The notes beneath the pieces are model-generated. The model had not been told where the DNA came from. It saw only the letters and a program-made list of their open reading frames with translations, and made no database searches. From NCBI GenBank assembly GCA_041690595.1, contig JAWLHB010000009.1:142538-206537 (forward strand): a DNA stretch of 64,000 nt, given 5' to 3'. Position numbers and translations under genes: made by a program. This DNA comes from Lentisphaeria bacterium (lineage in GTDB: Bacteria > Verrucomicrobiota > Lentisphaeria > JABSQK01 > JAWLHB01). Positions 47,087-56,715 of the stretch are shown piece after piece (the first letter of the stretch is position 1; every line of letters begins with the position of its first letter).

Positions 47087-48849
47087 GGTTGCTCCACGCG
47101 GCTGGCGGGCGTTCCGATCGCCAGCGATGTAAGGTTTTCATCTTCCACGGCAGCAGCATCACCGCCATCGAACCAGGTCGCGCAGCCTTCCGGATCGGGA
47201 AATTCCGTAAGCTCGACCTCGAGCGTCTCCCCGGCAGCTGGATGCGATGCTCTCAAGCGACAGGCCATGCCGTCCGGTCGAATCGCCGGCGAGTCGGCCA
47301 CCGCCAGGCTATCCGGAATGATGCGCAGCGCGGCCGGATCGAGGATCGGGCTCGGCTGACGGCTTGGCGCAAGGCAGAAGAGGCTTGGGCCGCGCATCAC
47401 GGCCACTTTGCCTTCCTGGCGGCGAATGCCGCGAATGAAGCGCCATGGCATCGCCATCTCCACATCCAGGCAATCGCCCGGCTTCCAGAGCCGGCGGATC
47501 GACACAAAATGTCCCGCCTCCTCCATCTCCGCCACCTCGCCCTTAGCGATTGCCTGAAAGCTCCCGCACCAGCCAGGACGGCGAAGCCGCAGCGTCAACT
47601 CTGTTGGGCGATCTGGCGCGACGACGATGCGGATGCGGCCGGAGTTCGGATAGTCGGTCATCATCTGGAAGGTGACACCGCGGCTCCGAAGCTCGCACTG
47701 GGTGTAGAGGTTGATGGTGAGGCCATCGGCCTGCTCGAAGGCGATCATTGCCGGGAGTTCGCCGATGATGCGGCGGAAGTTGCCGGGGCAGCAGTAGGTA
47801 TCGCGATCCCAGTAGACGCGCTCGCCTTCGAAAGGGGCGTAGTAGCGCAGCTTTCGACCATCCGGGGATTGGGCGGCAAAGAGGGCGTTGTAGATGCTTC
47901 GCTCCATCCAGTCGCCGAAAGGGCCGTCGCCCTGGATGCAGAGCAGCTTGGCGAGGAGGCGGATGAGGTAGGCGGTGGCGCACGTTTCACCGAGATCGCC
48001 GCTGCCCGTGTGGTCGGAATGCCAGCACTCGGCGATGCTGTTGGTGCCGGTGATGACCATCGCCTGCTCCTTGCCCAGATAATCGAGCGCCCGTCGGGTG
48101 GGCCCGAGCAGTCGCTCATCACCGGTAAGCGCGTACAACTCGACCTGCGCCAGGCAGCGGGTCAGGTACGCATACATGTGGCCCTCCACCGGCAGGAAGC
48201 GTCCTTCGACGATGGGGAAATCCCACTCGGGCAACCGCAACGTATCGGTCACGAAATCCAGGAACTGGCGATCGCCGGTCATGCGATAGAGGTTCAGCAA
48301 GGCGCGATCGAGGCCGAGTATCGCCAGATGGGGGCAGACCTCGCCCCAGGATTCCTGCCGCCCAACCTTCGCCATGGTCGCCTCGTCGAGTTGGCCAATC
48401 AGGTAAAGGCCAAGCCGCTCCGCCGCCAGCAGAGAGTGCTGCTCGCCAAAACACTCCCAGTCGACGAGGAGGGCCATCAGGACATACGCCTGCTCGTGAA
48501 GATCCCAGAGGCGAATGGTGCGCACTTCAGGGGCGTAGATGCCGAGGTAGCCGTCGCTTCCCTGCGCTGCGAGGAGGGCATCGAGTATCCGGTGGCGCAG
48601 ATCGAGCAGGCGCGGTTCGCGCGTATGCGCGGCCAGGCGAATGAGTCCATCCAGGCTCTTTCCCATCCCGACGTAACCGCCTGAAGCCACCGGCTCGCGG
48701 AAGGGCTTGACGAAGTCTTCCTCCCAGTCCAGCGCGAGGAGATTGGCGCGCCAGGTCAGCTCGATGCGCTGGCCGATGAGGCCGCCAACCTTCACGTCTG
48801 ATCCCGAAAGGGGCCGCATGGCAGGAGCGATACGTGGTGAGACGGGCAT
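47083..48849 (-). CDS. GH127 family glycoside hydrolase (beta-L-arabinofuranosidase/aceric acid hydrolase-like)
   Basis: ETCA, ER..YN, CCPGN, T.YP.SG, RRP.W, RGP..FC. Start moved to 48849. Confidence 0.85.
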   Translation of the reverse strand: MPVSPRIAPAMRPLSGSDVKVGGLIGQRIELTWRANLLALDWEEDFVKPFREPVASGGYVGMGKSLDGLIRLAAHTREPRLLDLRHRILDALLAAQGSDGYLGIYAPEVRTIRLWDLHEQAYVLMALLVDWECFGEQHSLLAAERLGLYLIGQLDEATMAKVGRQESWGEVCPHLAILGLDRALLNLYRMTGDRQFLDFVTDTLRLPEWDFPIVEGRFLPVEGHMYAYLTRCLAQVELYALTGDERLLGPTRRALDYLGKEQAMVITGTNSIAECWHSDHTGSGDLGETCATAYLIRLLAKLLCIQGDGPFGDWMERSIYNALFAAQSPDGRKLRYYAPFEGERVYWDRDTYCCPGNFRRIIGELPAMIAFEQADGLTINLYTQCELRSRGVTFQMMTDYPNSGRIRIVVAPDRPTELTLRLRRPGWCGSFQAIAKGEVAEMEEAGHFVSIRRLWKPGDCLDVEMAMPWRFIRGIRRQEGKVAVMRGPSLFCLAPSRQPSPILDPAALRIIPDSLAVADSPAIRPDGMACRLRASHPAAGETLEVELTEFPDPEGCATWFDGGDAAAVEDENLTSLAIGTPASRVEQP

Positions 48850-48865
48850 GGAGTTGTCCTTCGTA

Positions 48866-49852
48866 TCAGTAGCGGTTGAAGCAATCGTGATGTGGACGCA
48901 GGGAGCCATCTTTTTCGACGAAGGCCATGTAGCCGGCCGGGCTGATCGGGCCATGGCCGGGACGATGTCCGTCCGCCACCAAGGTATGATGGAGCAGGTG
49001 GGCGGTGAAGCCGATGCCGCGTGCCGCCAGTGCGCCCAACTCGACCGCGAGGACCTCCGCGCGCTTGGCATCGTCGAGGGCACCCCAGCCGGTTTCAGTA
49101 CCGAGGAGAGCCTTGCCCTTGGCGTTCGCCAGTTCGACGGTGGCATCGACATTCTGCTCGAAGTGTTCCGGCGAGGGGCACCAGGCAGTGTTCCATGCAT
49201 AGTAGGGATGGAAGGTTATGACATCGGAGATCGGTTCAAGCTGCCGCACCGTCTCCACGCTTGGGATGCTGCCCACGCAGACCGGCGCGGTCGCTCCCAA
49301 TTCCTTGCAGCGCGCGTAGAGTCCCTCCAGCCACTGGTAGATCGTGGCGGTGGCTTCGGCGCTGCGCACCGTGTTGAACGGCTCGTTGCACAGGTCCCAG
49401 AGGAGGATGCGCGGGTCGTCGCGGTGGGCGCTGACCATGGCGTCGAGGAACGGGGTGAAGACATCTTCGGCGCCCTCTTTGCTGCGCCATGCGAACATCT
49501 GCTCCACGGTGATGCCGCCGAAGTTGGGCCAGCTGTGCCAGCCGTTGAAGAGGGTGGCGATCACCTTGAGGTCGTGGCTGGCGGCCGCGGCGAGGGCCGC
49601 CTCGAAGCGCTCCGCGACGACTTGGCCATGGCGAATCCATGCATCGTGGGAGAGCCAGAGGCGCAGGGTGTTGATGCCGGGGAAGTGACGCTTGCCGTGG
49701 CCCATTTCGACGGCGATCAGCTCGGCGTCGAAGGCATCTCCCCAGATCTCCAGACCACTGCTGCCGTAGCTGGGCTGGTAGTTGAAGCCGCGCACCTGTG
49801 CATGGGACTGATTCTGAAGGATCTTCATCGTCATGACTCTGTTATGATTCAA
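48866..49852 (-). CDS. Clan GH-A glycoside hydrolase (GH5-like)
   Basis: RGFNYQP, NTLRLW, DPRILLWDLCNEP, TFHPY, TETG. Confidence 0.75.
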   Translation of the reverse strand: MNHNRVMTMKILQNQSHAQVRGFNYQPSYGSSGLEIWGDAFDAELIAVEMGHGKRHFPGINTLRLWLSHDAWIRHGQVVAERFEAALAAAASHDLKVIATLFNGWHSWPNFGGITVEQMFAWRSKEGAEDVFTPFLDAMVSAHRDDPRILLWDLCNEPFNTVRSAEATATIYQWLEGLYARCKELGATAPVCVGSIPSVETVRQLEPISDVITFHPYYAWNTAWCPSPEHFEQNVDATVELANAKGKALLGTETGWGALDDAKRAEVLAVELGALAARGIGFTAHLLHHTLVADGHRPGHGPISPAGYMAFVEKDGSLRPHHDCFNRY

Positions 49853-51303
49853 CGATACTTGATGTAAGCGACCTTGTGCTCGGTAAAGAACTCGATGCCC
49901 GACTGGCCCGCCTCCGGCAGGCCCGCGCCCGACTCCTTCACCCCGCCGAAGCTAAGCTGCGGCTCCTTGTGCGCCGTGTGCATGTTGACATGGGCGAGCC
50001 CCACGTCGGTATGCTCCAGAAAAGTCAGCGCCCGGCTCAGATCCTGGGTGTAGATCGCCGAGGACAAGCCGTACCTGACGTCGTTCGCCAGCTCCAGCGC
50101 CGCTTCGAAGCTGTCGACCGACATGATCGCGAGGACCGGTCCGAAGACCTCCTCCCGCGCCAGTGTCATCGTGGGTGTTACCTGATCGAAGATGGTAGGT
50201 GCGATAAAGCAGCCATCGTCATAGCCGTCGCCGGTCAGCGCCTCGCCACCGCAGAGCAGCCGCGCCCCTTCTTTCCTTGCGGTCTCGATGTGCGCCAGAA
50301 TTCCGCGCTTCTGAGCGGTGCCGCAGACGGGGCCCATGTGGACGGATGGATCGGTGCCGCGCCCGACACGGATTGCCCTGGCTCCCGCCACCACCTTCTC
50401 GGTGAAGGCGTCGACAACGCTCGCCTCGACAATGGCACGACTCGTGGAGGTGCACCATTGCCCCGCGCAGGCAAAGGCCGCCTTCACCGCCGCCGCCGCC
50501 GCCTCGTCGAGATTGGCATCCGCCAGCACGACCAATGGATTCTTGCCGCCGAGTTCGAGCTGGGTACGGGTCAGGTTGGCGGCGGCTTCGCGCTGGATCT
50601 GCTTGCCGACCTCCGTCGAACCGGTAAAGGAGATGGCCCTGACGCGCGGATCGCGGACGATCTGGTTGCCGATCCGGCTGCCGGAGCCGAAGACGCAGTT
50701 CCAGACGCCGGCCGGCAGTCCAGCGTCGGCCAGCAGCTCGGTGAAGAGCCGCCCGCTGGCGGGGGTCAGTTGGGCCGGCTTGAAGACGACGGTGTTGCCG
50801 GCCATGAGCGCCGGAGTGCCCTTGCGGCCGGGCACGTTGAAGGGGAAGTTCCACGGGCTGATGATGGCGACGACACCCAGGGGGACGCGCAGGTGGAGCC
50901 CCATGGCGCCCGACATGCCGATTGGCACCGTCTGCCCGTAGAGGCGCAGCCCCTCGCCGATCTGGAAGTCCATCTCGGCGATGGCGGCGTCGATCTCGGC
51001 CCGCGATTCGTCGAGTGTCTTGCCATTTTCGTTGGTGAGGGCAAGGGCAATTTCCTCGCGGCGTTCACCCATGGCCACCAGGGCCCGACGCAGGATGGCC
51101 GCGCGTCGTGCCGGCGGCATGTCGCGCCAGGCCGGGCAGGCTGCGCTGGCGGCGGCAAGCGCGCGCTCGACATCCGTCTCGTCCGAGCAGGGATAGTCGC
51201 CGGTGATCTCACTCAGGCAGGCCGGATTGCGTTGCGGCGCATGGTCGCCGCTCGCCGGCGCGATCCACTCGCCATCGATGTAGTTACGGTAGGGCATCTT
51301 CAT
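49849..51303 (-). CDS. Aldehyde dehydrogenase (2,5-dioxopentanoate DH-like)
   Basis: PWNFP, FKPA, FTGSTEVG, ELGGKN, GQWCT, EEVFGP, FGG.K.SG. Confidence 0.93.
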   Translation of the reverse strand: MKMPYRNYIDGEWIAPASGDHAPQRNPACLSEITGDYPCSDETDVERALAAASAACPAWRDMPPARRAAILRRALVAMGERREEIALALTNENGKTLDESRAEIDAAIAEMDFQIGEGLRLYGQTVPIGMSGAMGLHLRVPLGVVAIISPWNFPFNVPGRKGTPALMAGNTVVFKPAQLTPASGRLFTELLADAGLPAGVWNCVFGSGSRIGNQIVRDPRVRAISFTGSTEVGKQIQREAAANLTRTQLELGGKNPLVVLADANLDEAAAAAVKAAFACAGQWCTSTSRAIVEASVVDAFTEKVVAGARAIRVGRGTDPSVHMGPVCGTAQKRGILAHIETARKEGARLLCGGEALTGDGYDDGCFIAPTIFDQVTPTMTLAREEVFGPVLAIMSVDSFEAALELANDVRYGLSSAIYTQDLSRALTFLEHTDVGLAHVNMHTAHKEPQLSFGGVKESGAGLPEAGQSGIEFFTEHKVAYIKYR

Positions 51304-53495
51304 TTCCACTGCCTCCTTGCCACGTCGGTGACGAGCCGCTCGATCTCCGCGTCCTGAAGCATCACCGCGGCTTCCAGCCAGCGGGACACCGAGGGCGGCA
51401 CATCCTTCGATGTGAGGCAACAGACAGGGCCGTCCAGGTCGTCGAAGAAGCGCTCGGTGATCTCGCGTGCGATGGTACTGCCCAGAGTCTGGCTGCGGGC
51501 GCCCTCCTCGGCAATGACGACCGCGCCGGTCTTGCGGAGACTCTCCCCGATCAGGGCGTAGTCGATGGAGGGATAATCGAGGGTGCGCAGGTCGATCAAC
51601 TCGACGCTGACCCCCGCCTTTTCCCAGGCAGGCAGCAGCTTCCGGCAGCGGGGCACGAGGTGGCTGTAGGTAAGCAGGGTGACGTCGCTGCCCTCGGCAA
51701 CGCGGCGCGCCTTGCCAAGCTCGATCAGGTAGTCGAGGTCGTCCTCCGGCAGTTCCGTCACCTGGTCATAGAGGGCATGGTGTTCGAGCACCAGCACCGG
51801 GTCGAGTGAGGTCATGGCGGCGTTGAAGAGGCCGACATAGTCGAAGGCATCGGCGGGCGCCACGATACGCCAGCCGGCAAAGAGCGCATAGAGGCCGGCG
51901 GGATTCATCGAATGCTGGCCACCATAGCCGCATCCGGTCGCCACGCGGGTTCGCAGCACCAACGGCAGATCGGTGGTATTGCCATACATGTGGCGTGCTT
52001 TGGCGGCCTGGTTGAAGACCTGATCCGCGGCGACAAAGGTGAAGTCGGGGAACATGATCTCGACAACCGTCGGGAGGCCCGACATGGCCATGCCAAGACC
52101 GAGGCCCATGAAGCCGCCCTCGGATATGGGCATGTTGAGGACCCGATCCGGATACTTGCCAGGCAAGTTCTTCGTGGCCCCGTAGGCGCCGCCGCCGAAG
52201 TTGGCGACTTCTTCGCCGATCACCATGCACTCTGGGTGGCGCTCCAGCCAACGGCCGGTGGCGGCAGCAATGGCGTCGTTGAACTTCATCTTGCGGAAGG
52301 CGGTGAAGTCGTCGCGTTCGCGGTAGACAGCCGCTTTGAACTCGCTGCCGTCGCTGCGAAAGCCGTCACCCGCGGAGGCCGGATCGGGGATGAGGCTGGC
52401 GCGTACGGTGCGGGGCGAGGTGTTCTCGGTGTTGGCCTCGACGGCGGCATCGACGGCGGAGCGGCTGAGCTGGCGAATGTGCGCCACCTGCGCCTCGCTC
52501 AGCACCGCCGTCTCGATCAACACTCTGGGGAAGCAGGTGACGACTTCTTTCTCCAGCCAGTCGGCCTCCTCTTCCTTGCTTCGGTACTTGTAGGAGCTGC
52601 CGGTGTTGTCGCCAGCGTGGTGATAGCGTCGATAGCAGTGTGCGTCGACGAAGACCGGCTGGCCGCCGCGCGCCCGCCGCACCGCTTCGCGCATCAGGGC
52701 GTGAAGGGCGACGATATCGCTGCCGTCCACACTCATGGCGGGCATGCCATAGGCCTGCGCCCGCAGTGCCAGGTCGGAAACCGCGCAGACATCGTCGATA
52801 CGCGTCGCTACCGCATAGTAGTTGTTTTCCAGAAAGAAGATGACCGGCAGGTGAAAGCAACCGGCCAGGTTAGCGGCTTCATGGAAGGCTCCCTGGTTGA
52901 TGGCACCGTCGCCAAAGAAGGCGACGGTCACATCCCCGGTGCCGCGGAACTTGTCGGCAAAAGCGGCCCCGACGGAGAGGGGAATGCCCCCTGCCACAAT
53001 GGCGTTCGAGCCAAGGAAGCCAGCTTCCTTCCAGCGCAGGTGCATGGAGCCGCCGCGCCCGCCGCCGAAGCCGCTCTTCAGGCCCATGATCTCGGCCAGG
53101 CCGCGGCGAACCACGGTCAGCCCTTCCTCGGGCAAGGCTTGGTCGGCTGGATTCCATTCGGCCGGCAAGGCGTAGTTGATGGCCTTCGCCAGGAACTGAT
53201 GGTGAGCCCGATGGGTGCCGGTGAACTTGTCGCTGTCGCGGCATGCGGCCGCGCTCGCCGCGGCGATCGCTTCCTGACCGACGCTTGTGTGGGCCGGTCC
53301 CCAGATGCAATCCTCTTTTTTGAGCGCCAGGACGGCGTGCTCGAAGTCCTGGATCAGCATGACATCGAAGAGCATGCGGGCCGCGAGCTTCGGGTTGAGA
53401 GCCGCAACATCGTCGCGGCTGGAACTCCAGGTTGTCCAGTCGAAGGTGGCGGTCAAGGGACGCGCCATCGAGCTGGTCGCTACAGGTGCATTCAT
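51300..53495 (-). CDS. Fused ThDP-dependent dehydrogenase E1 alpha/beta subunit
   Basis: GQEA, THR.H, GRGGSMH, GDGA..QG.FHE..N...ENN (ThDP motif), PISE, EIMF.DF, GGQHS, IDLR. Confidence 0.92.
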   Translation of the reverse strand: MNAPVATSSMARPLTATFDWTTWSSSRDDVAALNPKLAARMLFDVMLIQDFEHAVLALKKEDCIWGPAHTSVGQEAIAAASAAACRDSDKFTGTHRAHHQFLAKAINYALPAEWNPADQALPEEGLTVVRRGLAEIMGLKSGFGGGRGGSMHLRWKEAGFLGSNAIVAGGIPLSVGAAFADKFRGTGDVTVAFFGDGAINQGAFHEAANLAGCFHLPVIFFLENNYYAVATRIDDVCAVSDLALRAQAYGMPAMSVDGSDIVALHALMREAVRRARGGQPVFVDAHCYRRYHHAGDNTGSSYKYRSKEEEADWLEKEVVTCFPRVLIETAVLSEAQVAHIRQLSRSAVDAAVEANTENTSPRTVRASLIPDPASAGDGFRSDGSEFKAAVYRERDDFTAFRKMKFNDAIAAATGRWLERHPECMVIGEEVANFGGGAYGATKNLPGKYPDRVLNMPISEGGFMGLGLGMAMSGLPTVVEIMFPDFTFVAADQVFNQAAKARHMYGNTTDLPLVLRTRVATGCGYGGQHSMNPAGLYALFAGWRIVAPADAFDYVGLFNAAMTSLDPVLVLEHHALYDQVTELPEDDLDYLIELGKARRVAEGSDVTLLTYSHLVPRCRKLLPAWEKAGVSVELIDLRTLDYPSIDYALIGESLRKTGAVVIAEEGARSQTLGSTIAREITERFFDDLDGPVCCLTSKDVPPSVSRWLEAAVMLQDAEIERLVTDVARRQWK

Positions 53496-53496
53496 C

Positions 53497-53934
53497 TTAA
53501 TCCTCGGGGGTTTCGCGGAGTTCGACGACTTCACCGTCGGGACCGCGGAAGTAGACGATCCAAACATGCGGCCGAAATTCGACCGGATCGCTGAGAAAAT
53601 CGACGCCCAGAGCGGCGAGCTTGGCATGATCGCCGCGTACGTCGTTGGAGCGCAGGCCGATGTGTATCCAGCCATGGTCGGCCTGCCGTCGGGTGGGTGG
53701 GATGGGTTCGCCCTCGGGGGTCAGGTACTGAAAAAGCTCCAGCATGACGGCGCCCAGCTTCAGGTGGGCGATTCGGGCTTTGGCGCCGGGAATCCCGACG
53801 ACGGTGCCCAGCGGCAGGGCCGGATTGGGCTCCAGGATGCGGATCACCTCGAAACCGAGCAGATCCCGGTAGAACGCCAAGGCGCGTTCGAGGTCGGCGA
53901 CACTCAGCGCCGTATGGTCAAAAGCTTTGATCAT
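53497..53934 (-). CDS. VOC (glyoxalase/epimerase) family protein
   Basis: FDHTALSVADLE....FY, LELFQY, G..HIGL, GPDGE..EL. Confidence 0.9.
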   Translation of the reverse strand: MIKAFDHTALSVADLERALAFYRDLLGFEVIRILEPNPALPLGTVVGIPGAKARIAHLKLGAVMLELFQYLTPEGEPIPPTRRQADHGWIHIGLRSNDVRGDHAKLAALGVDFLSDPVEFRPHVWIVYFRGPDGEVVELRETPED

Positions 53935-53943
53935 GACTCTCCT

Positions 53944-54756
53944 TTATACTCCGGAAAAGGCGGTGAAGCCGCCATCGAGAGGGATCACGGCGCCGGTCAT
54001 GAAGCTTGCCATGGGTGAGACCAGCCAGAGCGCCAGCGCGGCGATCTCTTCGGGTTCGCCAAAGCGCTTCATCGGCACCTGGTTGATGATGGTCCGGCCG
54101 CGCTCGGTCAGTTCGCCGCTTGCTTCGTCCACCAGCAGGAAGCGGTTCTGATCGGTCAGGACGAAGCCCGGGGCGATGGCATTGACGCGAATGCGGGGCG
54201 AGTACTCCTGGGCCATGTGGACCGCCAGCCATTGGGTGAAGCTGGCGATCGCCGCCTTCGCGTTCGAATAGCTGATGGCGCGAGTCAGCGGCTGCCCGCC
54301 CGCGATGGAGCCGATGTTGAGGATCGCCCCCTCGCCCTGCTTCGCCATCAGTCTCCCGATAGCCTGTGCCGGCAAGACGGCGCTGAAGTAGTTGAGCGCC
54401 ATCACGGCTTCCATCGCCTGCGCATCGAGGTCGAAGAAGGGGAGCTGGGGCGAGGTGGTCGTTTCGCGGCGACTGCCGCCGGCGGCATTGACCAGAATGT
54501 CCACTCTGCCGAAGCGTTCGACGGTAGCCGCCAATGCCGCATCGACGGCCGGTCGATCGGTCACGTCACAGAGGCAGGCGAGCGCGTCGCCGCCGCCGTT
54601 GCGCAGCGTGGTACAGCGGGCCTCTCCGGCGGTCGGGGAGATATCCCAGATGGCAACGCGCGCCCCCTCGGCAGCGAGCCCGGCCGCGATGGCACCTCCA
54701 ATCGCGCCACCGGCACCCGTCAGCACCGCCACCTTGTCCTTCATGAGCAGATCCAT
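53944..54756 (-). CDS. SDR oxidoreductase, UxuB (D-mannonate oxidoreductase)-like
   Basis: TGAGGAIG, PLTR..SYS.AKAAI..FTQWLAVH, APGF.LT.QNR.LL....G.LT.R...I....PM.RFG. Confidence 0.8.
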   Translation of the reverse strand: MDLLMKDKVAVLTGAGGAIGGAIAAGLAAEGARVAIWDISPTAGEARCTTLRNGGGDALACLCDVTDRPAVDAALAATVERFGRVDILVNAAGGSRRETTTSPQLPFFDLDAQAMEAVMALNYFSAVLPAQAIGRLMAKQGEGAILNIGSIAGGQPLTRAISYSNAKAAIASFTQWLAVHMAQEYSPRIRVNAIAPGFVLTDQNRFLLVDEASGELTERGRTIINQVPMKRFGEPEEIAALALWLVSPMASFMTGAVIPLDGGFTAFSGV

Positions 54757-54757
54757 C

Positions 54758-55936
54758 TCAGCACAACTCCTTCGGCGCGGGACCCAGGACCTCGGCGCCG
54801 GTTTCAGTGATCAGAATGTTCTCTTCGATGCGGATGCCGCCCATTTCGGGCAGGTAGATGCCGGGCTCTACGGAGGTGACCATGCCGATTCGCAGGCGTT
54901 CCTCGCTGCGCGGCAGCAGAGTCGGCGAGGGCTCGTGGTACTTGAAGCCGAGGCCGTGGCCGGTGACGTGGATGAAGGCATCGCCATAGCCGCCGTCCCG
55001 TATGACGCGCCGCGCGGCTTCATCGACCTCGCCAGCGGTGACACCCGGATTCGCGGCGGCAATGGCCGCCTCCTGCGCCTGGCGGATCAGCGCGTGAAGG
55101 CGCCGCTGGGTCTCGGTGGGCGTGCCGGCAACACGTACGCGGGTGCGATCGCTCCAGTAGCCATCGACGACGACGGCCAGTTCGAGCAGGGCCAGCTCAC
55201 CATCCGCAAGGGGACGGCCGGTGCTGATCTCCATCGGGCGATAGCCGATCGAGGTTTCTTCGGCGCCAGTGGCAACCTGGGCAAAGGCGCGGACCCGCCT
55301 GGCACCCTGATATCCGGTCCCCTGCCGCATGATGGCCGACTCGACCGCCGTCACCAGCTCGATGCCCGTGACGCCTGGCGCCACCAGGTCGTGGAAGGTG
55401 CGCAGGCCGATGGCGGCGATCTCGTTGGCGCGGCGCAGCTTCGCCGCTTCGCCGTCGGTCTTACAGGCACGCTGCGAGAGCAGCAGCCCCGTGGCATCCA
55501 CGAGGTTGTCTTCGCCAAAGCATTGCTGGAGCATGGCGTGCGTCACCGCGGCGGGAACAGCTCCTTCGGCCGCATTCCAGGCGGGCGCCACCGTCTCGAA
55601 GCTCCCTTCGTAGCCGATCCGCCGCCAGCCTGGTTCGGCAGCTTCTTTCAGCAAGGCCTGGATCGCCGTGAAGGGATCGCCGCCTGCCAGAACGCCGAAG
55701 AGGAAGGGACGCACCGCTGCTTCCCACAGCTCGGACCGCGCTTCCCGTTCATCGCAATGGGGGGTCACGAGAGTGGGTTTACCGTCACGCGGGAAGAGCA
55801 GGAAGGACCAGCCGATCAAGGGCCAGTGTCCGCTCAGCATGACGATGTTTTCCGGGAGGCGGCAGACGAGAGCGTCAAGGCCGGCGTCCGCCATCGCCTG
55901 GCGTACGCGCTGAAGGCGTTCACGATCCATGATCAT
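54758..55936 (-). CDS. M24 (Xaa-Pro aminopeptidase/creatinase) family protein
   Basis: R..K...E, GYWSDRTR, H..GHGLG, HEP, EPGIY, GGIRIEE. ATGA overlap with the upstream SDR stop. Confidence 0.88.
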   Translation of the reverse strand: MIMDRERLQRVRQAMADAGLDALVCRLPENIVMLSGHWPLIGWSFLLFPRDGKPTLVTPHCDEREARSELWEAAVRPFLFGVLAGGDPFTAIQALLKEAAEPGWRRIGYEGSFETVAPAWNAAEGAVPAAVTHAMLQQCFGEDNLVDATGLLLSQRACKTDGEAAKLRRANEIAAIGLRTFHDLVAPGVTGIELVTAVESAIMRQGTGYQGARRVRAFAQVATGAEETSIGYRPMEISTGRPLADGELALLELAVVVDGYWSDRTRVRVAGTPTETQRRLHALIRQAQEAAIAAANPGVTAGEVDEAARRVIRDGGYGDAFIHVTGHGLGFKYHEPSPTLLPRSEERLRIGMVTSVEPGIYLPEMGGIRIEENILITETGAEVLGPAPKELC

Positions 55937-56715
55937 CCCTCCCAGTAGGCGGCGCCCGGCAGGCTGCCGTCCATCACATAGCCACCATCGATGACGATTA
56001 CCTGCCCCGTCATGTAACGCGATTCGTCGGAAGCCAGGAAGAGCGCACCGCTGGCGATCCATTCGGGCTGGGCGATCTCCTTCATGGGCACCCGCTCGAA
56101 GAGGGATTTCTTGACCTGCTCGGTGTACATCGGGATCGTCAGTTCGGTATAGGTCGCGCCGGGCTGGATACAGTTGACGTTGATCTTGTGGGGTGCCAGC
56201 TCGGTGGCCAGGGTCCGGCTGAAGGCTTCCATTCCGCCCTTTGCCGCCGTATAGGCTCCCGCCGAGGGCTCCGACAGGGTCGCATGGATCGACGAGATGT
56301 TGATGATCTTGCCGCCGGTGCCCTGGGTGATCATCTGTCGTGCGACATTGCGGCTGCAGAGGAAGCAGCTCTTGAGGTTGTTGCGCAGGATGAGGTCCCA
56401 GATCTCCTCGGAGGTGTCGACCACGGCGGCCTGGCGGATGATGCCGGCGTTGTTTACGAGGATGTCGATGGAGCGAAAGACGCTGAGGGTTTCGGCGACC
56501 ATGTCGGCGACATCGCCGCCCATGCCGACGTCGCACTGCATGGCGATCGCCTCGCCTCCTTCACTCCGGATCTGGGCCGCGACCTTTTCGGCGTTTTCCA
56601 AGTTCATATCGGGAATGGCTACCTTTGCCCCTTCGCGGGCGAAGCCAAGGGCAATAGCCTTGCCGATGCCGGAGCCGCCCCCTGTTACGATGGCAGTCTT
56701 ATCTTTCAGTCTCAT
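55933..56715 (-). CDS. SDR family oxidoreductase
   Basis: TGGGSGIG, NNAG, YTAAK, VIDGG. Start at 56715. Confidence 0.92.
   Translation of the reverse strand: MRLKDKTAIVTGGGSGIGKAIALGFAREGAKVAIPDMNLENAEKVAAQIRSEGGEAIAMQCDVGMGGDVADMVAETLSVFRSIDILVNNAGIIRQAAVVDTSEEIWDLILRNNLKSCFLCSRNVARQMITQGTGGKIINISSIHATLSEPSAGAYTAAKGGMEAFSRTLATELAPHKINVNCIQPGATYTELTIPMYTEQVKKSLFERVPMKEIAQPEWIASGALFLASDESRYMTGQVIVIDGGYVMDGSLPGAAYWEG

Noticed and set aside
47083-49200. 705-aa GH127 (and similarly extended 592-aa M24 and 791-aa E1 ORFs)
   Set aside because: The extensions overlap upstream genes out of frame; downstream ATGs with SD sequences or coupled stops give normal lengths.
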